Source: a bacterium | Lineage (GTDB): Bacteria > Bacteroidota > Bacteroidia > Bacteroidales > UBA932 | Assembly: GCA_963637965.1 (NCBI GenBank) | Contig: CAVHPI010000001.1 | Span: forward strand, 48,032-112,031 | Direction: 5' to 3' | Length of the DNA stretch: 64,000 nt | Shown: one piece after another, positions 54,520 to 64,000 of the stretch | Position numbering within the stretch: position 1 is the first letter of the stretch | How the letters are laid out: each line of letters begins with the position of its first letter | Notes under the pieces: generated by a model | What the model saw: the letters and a program-made list of their open reading frames with translations, nothing else | Told to the model about the DNA's origin: nothing | The model's database searches: none | Position numbers and translations under genes: made by a program

Positions 54520-56085
54520 ATGGGACGCATCAAGCTCAGACTCAGGGGAGACCGCGTGATATGGTTCATAGTGGCCATATTCGCGATGCTGTCCATTCTG
54601 GCGGTCTACAATTCGGGCTCTTTCCTCTCCAGGAGGGACCCTGGCATTATGGCCAGAACCGGCACATACATGAACCAGCTGGGCAGCGTCGCGCTGGGGC
54701 TGGCGGCCCTATTCGTCTGCTACGCCATCAACTATAAGTTCTACCGCAAGATATCACCCTATGTGTTCGGCGCCACTCTGGTGATGCTTCTGATGTTGTT
54801 CATCCCCTCCTGTCAATCCAAGCTCAACGGCGCGGTACGCGGCCTCAGGCTGTTCGGCGACCACACGATACAGGTGTTTGAATTTGTAAAGGTAGGCCTT
54901 ATAATGTTTCTCAGCTGGTCCATGGAGCGCTACTCCAAGCAGATACGGACCTTCAAGGGCTACTGCCTGGCGCTGTTGGTGTGGGTCGTAGCGGTGTGCC
55001 TGTGCGTTATGATGAACAGCTTTTCGTCGGCCCTGCTGTTGGCGCTGGTGAGCATGATGATGTTCTGGTTTATGGATGTGCGCGTCAGCCATCTGCTGAT
55101 CACGGCAGGCCTTGCGGCGGCGGCCATCGCCCTGCTGTTCGGGGTGTACCACGCCGCGCTGGCCATAAGTCCCAAGGCGGCCGAAGCCAAAATCTTCACC
55201 CGCGTGAGCACGGTGGAGAGCCGCTTCAAGAGCTTTGCCAAATCTGACAGAGACTCCACAATCGACTTTACCAAGATGACCCGCGAGGAACTGGACAAGA
55301 TGGACCAGGACCGCCGCCAGAGCGAAAGCGCAAAAATCGCCATAAAGGAGGGGGGCGTTCTGGGCAAGGGCATCGGCAACGGCACCTGCCGCCACTATCT
55401 CTCGATGGCTTTCTCCGACTTCATATTCGCAGCCATTGTGGAAGAGGGGGGGCTGATTGCCGGCATCATAATAATTCTGCTCTACCTGGTGTTCCTCTAC
55501 CGGTGCATCAGCATAGCCTTCAAGTGTCCGGACGCCTATTCGCAGGCGCTGGTGCTGGGGCTCGGATTTCTGATAGTGACGCAGGCGCTGCTGCACATTC
55601 TGGTGAATGTGCGGCTGATACCCATCACCGGACACACCCTGCCGCTGATAAGCCACGGCGGCACGGCATATCTGATGCTGAGTGCGGCGTGCGGGATGAT
55701 ACTCTCCGTGAGCCGCACCGTGAACAAGCTGCAGGAAGAGAAGCTGGCCGCAGAAGCGGCGGCAATCTCAGCCGGCGGCGCTGACGCTGCTGCAGACACC
55801 GCAGCGGCGCAGGCTGGCGGACAAAGTTTGCCCCTGGGCGGCGCCGAGCAGAAGCCTTCGGCAGAAGATTCCGCAGCCTATGCCGGTGGCGGACGATATC
55901 CCGGCCGGGAATCCGACGACGGCGAAATCGTGCTCATGAGCGGCGGCAGCGATGCCCCGGAGCCTGCCACAAAGCGCAAGCGGGGCAGAATCACCGCCAC
56001 GCAGGCGGAGATAGACGCGCGCGACGCCCGCGCCCGCGCCGCCCTCATAGACCGGGCGATGAACGATAATGACGAACCATTCTAA
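54520..56085 (+). CDS. ftsW: FtsW/RodA/SpoVE family peptidoglycan glycosyltransferase with a ~118-aa low-complexity C-terminal extension
   Basis: A 10-TM SEDS core ending near PLISHGGTAYLML...SRTV. The tail from about nt 55731 is Ala/Gly/Asp-rich, then basic (KRKRGRI). Confidence 0.9.
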   Translation: MGRIKLRLRGDRVIWFIVAIFAMLSILAVYNSGSFLSRRDPGIMARTGTYMNQLGSVALGLAALFVCYAINYKFYRKISPYVFGATLVMLLMLFIPSCQSKLNGAVRGLRLFGDHTIQVFEFVKVGLIMFLSWSMERYSKQIRTFKGYCLALLVWVVAVCLCVMMNSFSSALLLALVSMMMFWFMDVRVSHLLITAGLAAAAIALLFGVYHAALAISPKAAEAKIFTRVSTVESRFKSFAKSDRDSTIDFTKMTREELDKMDQDRRQSESAKIAIKEGGVLGKGIGNGTCRHYLSMAFSDFIFAAIVEEGGLIAGIIIILLYLVFLYRCISIAFKCPDAYSQALVLGLGFLIVTQALLHILVNVRLIPITGHTLPLISHGGTAYLMLSAACGMILSVSRTVNKLQEEKLAAEAAAISAGGADAAADTAAAQAGGQSLPLGGAEQKPSAEDSAAYAGGGRYPGRESDDGEIVLMSGGSDAPEPATKRKRGRITATQAEIDARDARARAALIDRAMNDNDEPF

Positions 56086-56088
56086 AAG

Positions 56089-57189
56089 ATGAAACGCATA
56101 ATAATAAGCGGCGGCGGGACCGGCGGCCACATATTTCCCGCAATTTCAATAGCGGACGCCCTCAAAAGGAGCGGCACCGAATGCGAAATACTGTTTGTGG
56201 GCGCTCAAGGCAAGATGGAGATGGAGCGGGTGCCCAAGGCGGGCTACAAAATCATAGGCCTGCCCACGGCGGGGCTACAGCGCAAGCTCTCCCTCAAGAA
56301 CCTGGCCCTCCCCTTCAAGGTGCTGCGCAGCATAGGCAAGGCCCGCAAGATAGTGCGCGATTTCAAGCCCGACGTCGCCGTAGGCGTGGGCGGATATGCC
56401 AGCGCGCCGCTGCTCTGGGCCGCATCGTCGATGGGCATCCCCTGCCTGATCCAGGAGCAGAACTCCTTTGCCGGCCTCACCAACAAAAAGCTCGGCGGCC
56501 GGGTGCAGAAAATCTGCGTGGCATACGACGGAATGGAGAAATTCTTTCCAAAAGAGAAAATCGTATTCACCGGCAACCCCATCCGCAGCGACATCAATCC
56601 CCCCACTGAGGCCCAGCGGGCAGAGGGCTGCAAATTCTACGGCCTGGACCCGGCAAAGAAGACCATACTGGTGGTGGGCGGCAGCCTGGGGGCGCGCACC
56701 CTCAACGAGAGCATGCAGCGCTGGATAATCGAGCGCAGCAAAGCATCCGGCTGCCAGATACTCTGGCAGAGCGGCAGATATTATCAGAGCGAGACCGAGG
56801 CCTTTCTCAAGGAGCATCCTGCAGATAATGTCCACAATCTGACCTTCATAGAGAGAATGGACCTGGCCTACGCAGTGGCGGACGTCATAATATCCCGCGC
56901 AGGCGCCGGCACAATTTCGGAGTTGTGCGTTGCCGGCAAGGCGACTATATTTGTACCCTCACCCAATGTGGCGGAAGACCACCAGCGGCACAATGCGATG
57001 GCGCTGGTAGAGAAGGGGGCGGCGATGATGGTGAGCGACAGCGAGGCGCGCGAGAAGTTGCTCGCCACTGCCGAAGAGCTGCTCGCCGACAGCGGGAAGA
57101 TAAGCGCGATGGAGCAGGCAGCCCTGCGGCTCGGCAAGAAAAATGCGGCCGACGACATCGCCCGCGAAGTATTGGAATTGTGCAGATAA
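56089..57189 (+). CDS. murG: UDP-N-acetylglucosamine--N-acetylmuramyl-(pentapeptide) pyrophosphoryl-undecaprenol GlcNAc transferase
   Basis: ISGGGTGGHIFPAISIA N-terminus; 366 aa. Confidence 0.95.
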   Translation: MKRIIISGGGTGGHIFPAISIADALKRSGTECEILFVGAQGKMEMERVPKAGYKIIGLPTAGLQRKLSLKNLALPFKVLRSIGKARKIVRDFKPDVAVGVGGYASAPLLWAASSMGIPCLIQEQNSFAGLTNKKLGGRVQKICVAYDGMEKFFPKEKIVFTGNPIRSDINPPTEAQRAEGCKFYGLDPAKKTILVVGGSLGARTLNESMQRWIIERSKASGCQILWQSGRYYQSETEAFLKEHPADNVHNLTFIERMDLAYAVADVIISRAGAGTISELCVAGKATIFVPSPNVAEDHQRHNAMALVEKGAAMMVSDSEAREKLLATAEELLADSGKISAMEQAALRLGKKNAADDIAREVLELCR

Positions 57190-57208
57190 TCTGCAGGCAA
57201 AAAAGGAA

Positions 57209-58564
57209 ATGTACGACAATTATTATTTTATAGGTATTGGGGGCATCGGAATGAGTGCCCTGGCCCGTTATTTCAAATATATCGGGAAGAATGTCTCCGG
57301 CTACGACCGCACGCCGAGCCATCTCACAGAAGAACTCATAAAGGAAGGGATTGAGGTCCACTACGACGACCGCCCCGACCTGGTGCCCATCAATGTGGCC
57401 AAGACATTCGTGATTTACACCCCCGCCATCCCCGCCGACCTCGGGGAGCTGGAGTATGTCAGGGAGAAGGGATACAGCATGTGCAAGCGCTCCCGCGCAC
57501 TGGGGCAGATCGCAGGGGACAAGGATTGTCTGGCGGTGAGCGGCACCCACGGCAAAACCACCACCTCCACCCTGCTCGCCCACATCTTCACCTCCGCGCA
57601 GGAGGAGGGCTGCACGGCGTTCCTGGGGGGCATCTCCAAGAACTACCACAGCAACCTGCTGATGAGCCGTGGCAATGTGCTGGTGGCCGAGGCAGACGAG
57701 TTCGACCGCTCTTTTCTGCAGCTGCGCCCCAAGATTGCGGTGGTAACGGCTGTCGACGCCGACCATCTGGACATCTACGGCACCCACGATGCGGTGAAGG
57801 AGGCCTTCAGGCAGTTTGCCGCGCAGGTCGCCTCCGACGGCTATGTGGTGGCCAAACTGGGGGCTCCGCTCCCCACGGAAGGGGTCAAGGCAAAAATCCT
57901 GCACTATTCCTTTGACACCCCCTGCGATTTCTATGCATCTGACATCAAACCGCTGCAGGGAGGATATTTCTCTTTCACCCTTAACCATCCGAAGGGCAGA
58001 ATCACAGGCTGCACGGTGGGCGTGCCGGGATGGGTAAACGTGGAGAACGCGGTGGCCGCATCGGCCGTGGCGCTGCTCTACGGGGTGGACCCCATTGGCA
58101 TCAAGAGCGCGCTGGCCACCTTCAGCGGGGTCGAGCGCCGCTTTGACATACACGTCAACACCCCCAAAGTGGCCTACATAGACGACTATGCGCACCACCC
58201 CAAGGAGATCGCCACCGCCATAAGCTCAATGCGCGAGATATTCGCAGGGCGCAAGCTGCTGGGCATTTTCCAGCCCCATCTCTACACCCGTACCCGCGAT
58301 TTTGCCGATGAATTTGCCGCGGCGCTGAGCAATCTGGACAGCCTGATAATGCTGCCCATCTACCCGGCGAGGGAGCTCCCGATCGAAGGAGTCAGCTCCG
58401 AGATGATTCTGAGCAAGGTGACCCTGCAGGACAAGGTCATCGTGCCCAAGGAGAAGCTTTTGGAGACCCTCAAGAGCCGCGACATAGAGTGCCTGGTGAC
58501 CTTTGGCGCGGGAGACATCGACCGTTTTGTACCGGTAATAGAGGAGTGGCTCAAGAGTGTTTAG
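57209..58564 (+). CDS. murC: UDP-N-acetylmuramate--L-alanine ligase
   Basis: The start is taken at ATG 57209 (MYDNYYFIGIGGIGMSALA). GTHGKTTT P-loop. Confidence 0.95.
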   Translation: MYDNYYFIGIGGIGMSALARYFKYIGKNVSGYDRTPSHLTEELIKEGIEVHYDDRPDLVPINVAKTFVIYTPAIPADLGELEYVREKGYSMCKRSRALGQIAGDKDCLAVSGTHGKTTTSTLLAHIFTSAQEEGCTAFLGGISKNYHSNLLMSRGNVLVAEADEFDRSFLQLRPKIAVVTAVDADHLDIYGTHDAVKEAFRQFAAQVASDGYVVAKLGAPLPTEGVKAKILHYSFDTPCDFYASDIKPLQGGYFSFTLNHPKGRITGCTVGVPGWVNVENAVAASAVALLYGVDPIGIKSALATFSGVERRFDIHVNTPKVAYIDDYAHHPKEIATAISSMREIFAGRKLLGIFQPHLYTRTRDFADEFAAALSNLDSLIMLPIYPARELPIEGVSSEMILSKVTLQDKVIVPKEKLLETLKSRDIECLVTFGAGDIDRFVPVIEEWLKSV

Positions 58565-59330
58565 AAAGATTTTGACCATAGTGGGCCTGCTGGCCGCCTG
58601 CGCCGTTTTCAGCGGCTACTTCTACTGCGTGAACCGCTACGGGGAGCAGCAGAGGGGCGACATGTGCTGCCGCGGCCTCAAGGTCATAATCGCCAACCCC
58701 CAGCAGCAGAACTTCATAAGCGAGGAGCAGGTGGCCGCGATGGTGCGCGACTATGCCCTCGGCTGCCAGATAGACGAACTGAACATCCACTCCCTGGAGG
58801 ATTTGCTCTGCTCTTCCAGCGCAATCTGCGCCTCGCAGGTATATGTCGAGGCCCCGGCGACCCTCACGATGGAGGTGACCCAGCGCAACCCCACGGTGCG
58901 TTTCCAGACCCCGAAGGGGGGCTTCTACTGCGACAGCAGCGGCTTCATACTCCCCCTGCTGAGCAGGGTGACGCTGGATTTGCCTGTGGTGGCGGGCAAT
59001 CTCCCCTTCAGCATGCCGGAGTGCGGCAGCGGCTACCCTGCAAGCGGGCTGGAGAGCCTGCGCAGCCTCATCGGCCTGTGCAATGCCATCCGCACCAACG
59101 CCTACTGGAGCCGCGAGGTGGAGCAGATTTGGATAGAGCCCGACTCTGACATAGTGCTCTACACCCGCAGCTGCGGCGAGAAGTTCATCCTGGGCAGCGC
59201 CGACGACGCGGCGGCCAAACTGGACAAGATGGCGGGATACTACCGCACCATCAGCCCCGAGGCAAAGCGCAAAGGCAAGACCTACACCACGGTCAACCTC
59301 AAATTCAAGAATCAAATAATTTGCAGATAG
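58557..59330 (+). CDS. ftsQ: Cell division protein FtsQ
   Basis: GTG start at 58557 overlapping the murC stop. Single TM ILTIVGLLAACAVFSGYFY, then POTRA-like and FtsQ-type domains. Canonical position. Confidence 0.8.
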   Translation: MFRKILTIVGLLAACAVFSGYFYCVNRYGEQQRGDMCCRGLKVIIANPQQQNFISEEQVAAMVRDYALGCQIDELNIHSLEDLLCSSSAICASQVYVEAPATLTMEVTQRNPTVRFQTPKGGFYCDSSGFILPLLSRVTLDLPVVAGNLPFSMPECGSGYPASGLESLRSLIGLCNAIRTNAYWSREVEQIWIEPDSDIVLYTRSCGEKFILGSADDAAAKLDKMAGYYRTISPEAKRKGKTYTTVNLKFKNQIICR

Positions 59331-59332
59331 AT

Positions 59333-60805
59333 ATGAACGATTACTTAGTAGCAGTAGAACTTTGTACATCCAAGGTTGCGATGGCGGTGGCGGAGCACTC
59401 CGGCAGCATCGTAAAGGTGATCCACCACAAAGTCGTGCCCGTCACCAAGGGAATGTCCCGCGGCGACGTGCAAAACTCGCAGCGCATCATAGAGGCCCTT
59501 GCACGCTGCAAGCGCGAGATCGAGTCGGAATTCGGGCAGGAAATCAGCGACGTGATTCTCTGCAGCGGAAGCCAGGGTCTGCGCAGCAGCGAATACACTC
59601 TCAGGGTGCAGCGCAGCGGCAACACCTACATCAGCGCCGACGAAATCAGCTCCTGGCGCAACGCCGCCCTCGACGCCGACGCCCCCTCTGGAGAACTTGT
59701 GCTGGACGCGATTCCGCAGTCATATAATATAGACGACAGCATCGGCAATCTGCCCGACAACGTGGAGGGGATGAACGGCCGCTATGTCGAAATCAAGTAC
59801 CTGCTGATTCTGGGCAAGGTCTACGCCGACCGCAACAAGCGCGACGTGGTGGAAAAGTGCGGGATGAACGTGGTGCGCACAGTGCTCTCCCCCATCGGCA
59901 GCGCCCTGGCGGCCCTCAACGAGAACGAGCTTGAAAACGGAGTCGCCCTGCTGGACATCGGCGCCGGCACCACCGACGTGGTGGTGGTCAAGAACCGCAC
60001 CGTGCGCTATGTGGGGGTCATCCCTTTTGCCGGCAACACCATCACCGGTGACATTCGCTACCACACCTGCCTCACCACTGACGTGGCGGAGATCATCAAG
60101 ATGAAATACGGCAGCTGCATAGACGAAGGGCTCAGCGAAAACAAGAAGCTGGTGATACAGGGAGGCGGTCAGGGAGAGACCAAGGATGTCTCTCTGGACC
60201 TCCTGCAGCAGATTGTGGAGGCCCGCGCCAGCGAAATTCTGGAAGCCGCCTACTATCTGATAGAGAAATCGGGCTACATAAACAAGATTCCCACCGGACT
60301 GGTGATAACCGGCGGCACGGCCTACCTGGAGCATATCCGCGACCTTGCCCGCGCCATCACCGGGATGCACGTGCGCCTGTCCAATGCGCAGGGCAACATC
60401 GCCGACTCGTCGGCGGTGAGCTGCTTTGACACCGGCGCCGCATCTATTGTGGGCGCCCTGATAGACAGTTTCAACCACGAGAGCGAAATCGGCGAAGGCC
60501 GGACCCGCCAAATGGTAGACGCCAAGCCCAAGAACGACCCGACAATATTCGACGGACAGGCCATCACCCAGATGACCCGTCGCGAGAAGTCCCGCCTGGA
60601 AAAAGAGGAAAAAAACCGTCTCAAGCAGCAGCAGAAGGCAGAAAAGGAGGCCCGCAAGGAGGAAGAGCGCAAACGCAAGCAGGAAGAAGAGCTTGCAGAG
60701 ATGGAGGCCGAGGAGGAAGAGGAGAACGAAGAGGAACATCCCGGCAAACCGAGCAAACTGAAGGGCTGGATCACAGACCTCTTCAGCGTGGGGGGCGATA
60801 ATTAA
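59333..60805 (+). CDS. ftsA: Cell division protein FtsA with Lys/Glu-rich linker before the C-terminal amphipathic helix
   Basis: ATG 59333 (the track starts at TTG 59321). Actin-like fold DIGAGTTDVVV. KE-rich stretch at about 60590-60740. Terminal KLKGWITDLF amphipathic segment. Confidence 0.93.
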   Translation: MNDYLVAVELCTSKVAMAVAEHSGSIVKVIHHKVVPVTKGMSRGDVQNSQRIIEALARCKREIESEFGQEISDVILCSGSQGLRSSEYTLRVQRSGNTYISADEISSWRNAALDADAPSGELVLDAIPQSYNIDDSIGNLPDNVEGMNGRYVEIKYLLILGKVYADRNKRDVVEKCGMNVVRTVLSPIGSALAALNENELENGVALLDIGAGTTDVVVVKNRTVRYVGVIPFAGNTITGDIRYHTCLTTDVAEIIKMKYGSCIDEGLSENKKLVIQGGGQGETKDVSLDLLQQIVEARASEILEAAYYLIEKSGYINKIPTGLVITGGTAYLEHIRDLARAITGMHVRLSNAQGNIADSSAVSCFDTGAASIVGALIDSFNHESEIGEGRTRQMVDAKPKNDPTIFDGQAITQMTRREKSRLEKEEKNRLKQQQKAEKEARKEEERKRKQEEELAEMEAEEEEENEEEHPGKPSKLKGWITDLFSVGGDN

Positions 60806-60825
60806 TTCCTAAAAGATTCAAGACT

Positions 60826-62091
<1,266 letters not shown>

Positions 62092-62094
62092 GCC

Positions 62095-62529
62095 ATGCAG
62101 ACAGCAGGTATCGCCAGCGATCACGCCGGCTACGAACTCAAGGAATATATCAAGAAAGCGCTTGCCAAGCGGGGCTATGCGGTGCGCGACTTTGGCACCG
62201 GCTCCCCCGAAAGCATGGACTACCCCGACACGGCGCACCCGCTGGCAGCGGCGGTGGAGGCCGGCGAAGTGGACTTCGGAGTGGCCATGTGCGGCAGCGG
62301 CAACGGCATCACAATGACTCTCAACAAGCATCAGGGGGTGCGCGCAGCCCTCTGCTGGCAGCCCGAGATTGCGGCGCTGGCCAAGCGGCACAACAACGCC
62401 AACATAATCTCGATGCCCGCCCGATTCATCAGCAGCCGCATGGCGTTGAGGATTCTGGATGCCTACCTCGAGGCTCAGTTCGAGGGGGGCCGTCACCAGA
62501 GGCGCATAGACAAAATCCCCTGCAGATAG
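62095..62529 (+). CDS. rpiB: Ribose 5-phosphate isomerase B
   Basis: 144 aa. RpiB/LacAB pattern IASDHAGYELK...MCGSGNGITM...R..HNNAN. Confidence 0.93.
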   Translation: MQTAGIASDHAGYELKEYIKKALAKRGYAVRDFGTGSPESMDYPDTAHPLAAAVEAGEVDFGVAMCGSGNGITMTLNKHQGVRAALCWQPEIAALAKRHNNANIISMPARFISSRMALRILDAYLEAQFEGGRHQRRIDKIPCR

Positions 62530-63300
62530 ATGATAAAGGCCACTGTCATCGACCGCAACTGGATCGGGCCTCTGGCGCCGGAAATCGACGCCTACCCCGA
62601 CGGGCTGGTGCTCCCGGTGGACAAGCCCTACCGCTGGACCAGCGCCGACGCGGTGCGCAAATACAAGTTCGCGCTGCAGAAGCACTTCCGCAACCGCCAC
62701 ATAAAGGTGGGGCACGCCGGCACTCTGGACCCGCTGGCCACAGGGCTGCTGGTGATATGCGCCGGGCGCGCCACCAAAATCGCGGAAACTCTGCAGGCGG
62801 GCACAAAAGAGTATGAGGCCACAATCGAATTCGGAGCCACCACCGCGAGCTACGACCTGGAGAAGGAGATAGACGCCATCTACCCCCACGCCCACATAAC
62901 CCGGGAGGCGGTGGAGCGCGCCCTGGAGGGTTTCATAGGGGAGCAGGAGCAGATACCCCCGATTTTTTCCGCCAAGATGGTGGGGGGCAAGCGGGCCTAC
63001 GAACTGGCCCGAGCCGGCAAGAGCGTACCGCTGAGTTCTTCGCTCATCACCATAGAGCGCATCAGCCTTGACGATTTTAAAATCGGAGATTCCGGGCGTC
63101 CGCAGGCTGATGTCACCATTCGCTGCAGCAAGGGGACCTACATCCGCTCCTTTGCCCGCGATTTGGGGCTGAGTCTTGGCAGCGGAGCTCATCTGACGGC
63201 CCTTAGGCGCACACTATCAGGCGATTTTGAAATAAAAAACGCCATTTCTTTGGATTTTTTACTTTCTTCAAATAATTTTGCAGGTTCACAACAAAAGTGA
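62530..63300 (+). CDS. truB: tRNA pseudouridine(55) synthase
   Basis: [23 protein letters not shown] catalytic motif. The ATG directly abuts the rpiB stop. Confidence 0.93.
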   Translation: MIKATVIDRNWIGPLAPEIDAYPDGLVLPVDKPYRWTSADAVRKYKFALQKHFRNRHIKVGHAGTLDPLATGLLVICAGRATKIAETLQAGTKEYEATIEFGATTASYDLEKEIDAIYPHAHITREAVERALEGFIGEQEQIPPIFSAKMVGGKRAYELARAGKSVPLSSSLITIERISLDDFKIGDSGRPQADVTIRCSKGTYIRSFARDLGLSLGSGAHLTALRRTLSGDFEIKNAISLDFLLSSNNFAGSQQK

Positions 63301-63304
63301 CGAG

Positions 63305-64000
63305 ATGAAACAAAAAGAATTCGAATTCCCGCTAACTTTAGACCAGATCGCAAAATACCCGTCGGAAGAGAGAGACGAATGCCGGCTGATGGTCCTGCAC
63401 AAGGACACCGGCGAGATAGAGCATAAAATCTTCAAGGATTTCATAGATTATGTAGACGAGGGCGACCTCTGCGTGTTCAACGACACCAAGGTTTTCCCCG
63501 CGCGGCTCTATGGCAACAAGGAGAAGACCGGGGCTGAGATCGAGGTGTTCCTGCTGCGCGAACTCAACCGCGAGCAGCATCTCTGGGACGTTCTGGTGGA
63601 CCCCGCACGCAAAATCAGGATAGGCAACAAGCTCTACTTCGGAGACGACAACTCTCTGGTGGCCGAGGTGATAGACAACACCACCTCCCGCGGCCGCACC
63701 CTGCGCTTCCTCTACGACGGCCCTTACGAGGAATTCAAGAGCGCCCTCTATTCCATCGGCTCGCTTCCCATCCCCAAGTGGCTGCGCCCCAGGGCGGAGG
63801 AGATCGACAAGGAGCGCTTCCAGACCATCTACGCCCGTCACGAGGGGGCAGTGGCTTCTCCCGCCGCCGGCCTGCACTTCAGCAAGATTCTATTCAAGAA
63901 GCTGGAAATCAAGGGAGTTGATTCGGCGTTCATAACCCTGCATATGGGCAACGCCCACTTCCACACCGTGGATGTGGAGGACCTCTCCAAGCACAAGATG
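63305..64000 (+). CDS. queA: S-adenosylmethionine:tRNA ribosyltransferase-isomerase (3' end beyond the window)
   Basis: Not in the ORF track because no stop is reached. ATG 63305; the frame is open to nt 64000. [31 protein letters not shown]...[12 protein letters not shown]...GLHFS matches QueA. Confidence 0.9.
   Translation, partial: MKQKEFEFPLTLDQIAKYPSEERDECRLMVLHKDTGEIEHKIFKDFIDYVDEGDLCVFNDTKVFPARLYGNKEKTGAEIEVFLLRELNREQHLWDVLVDPARKIRIGNKLYFGDDNSLVAEVIDNTTSRGRTLRFLYDGPYEEFKSALYSIGSLPIPKWLRPRAEEIDKERFQTIYARHEGAVASPAAGLHFSKILFKKLEIKGVDSAFITLHMGNAHFHTVDVEDLSKHKM

Overview
This is a high-GC chromosomal core segment of a Bacteroidota genome, probably Bacteroidales; a Rikenellaceae/Alistipes-like source is only a guess. 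The phylum call rests on four things: TAnnTTTG-type -7 boxes with TTTG at -33, almost no Shine-Dalgarno sites, a dcw cluster lacking murF and ddl, and typical gene families (DUF5683, GSCFA, DUF4369-TlpA, mutAB). I call 57 protein genes (two truncated by the window edges), 2 tRNAs (Thr-CGU and Phe-GAA), several rho-independent terminators, a few promoter boxes, and one family of intergenic repeats.

Gene content is overwhelmingly housekeeping:
- metG, asnS, udk, recQ, miaA, pyrBI, and serC-serA-DUF1015.
- A sugar MFS transporter with a ROK kinase, then parA-DUF5683-MltD.
- lplA, hpf, xerC-like, rpsU, pnuC, obg, adk, hpt, purE and mutAB.
- The complete dcw cluster mraZ-rsmH-ftsL-ftsI-murE-mraY-murD-ftsW-murG-murC-ftsQ-ftsA-ftsZ, followed by rpiB, truB and queA.

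I see no CRISPR array, transposase, phage module, toxin-antitoxin pair or recognisable defence system. I cannot honestly claim a novel multi-gene system here.

The two observations most worth a second look:
1. A structured intergenic repeat of about 200 bp at 24164-24376 and 45102-45294, with a truncated copy at 2841-2912 and a related end module at 29794-29947. All three full or partial copies start a few nt (truncated copy) to about 15 nt after a terminator, in the same orientation as the upstream gene. The copies show compensatory base-pair changes in a conserved three-helix hairpin.
2. A 5-kb plus-strand block at 34421-39245 wedged between obg and adk-hpt. It holds an outer-membrane beta-barrel gene, an 889-aa secreted protein of unknown function and a beta-propeller-like lipoprotein.

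Everything was done by eye from the sequence and ORF track. No searches, folding or statistics were run. Family names are pattern recognition from memory.
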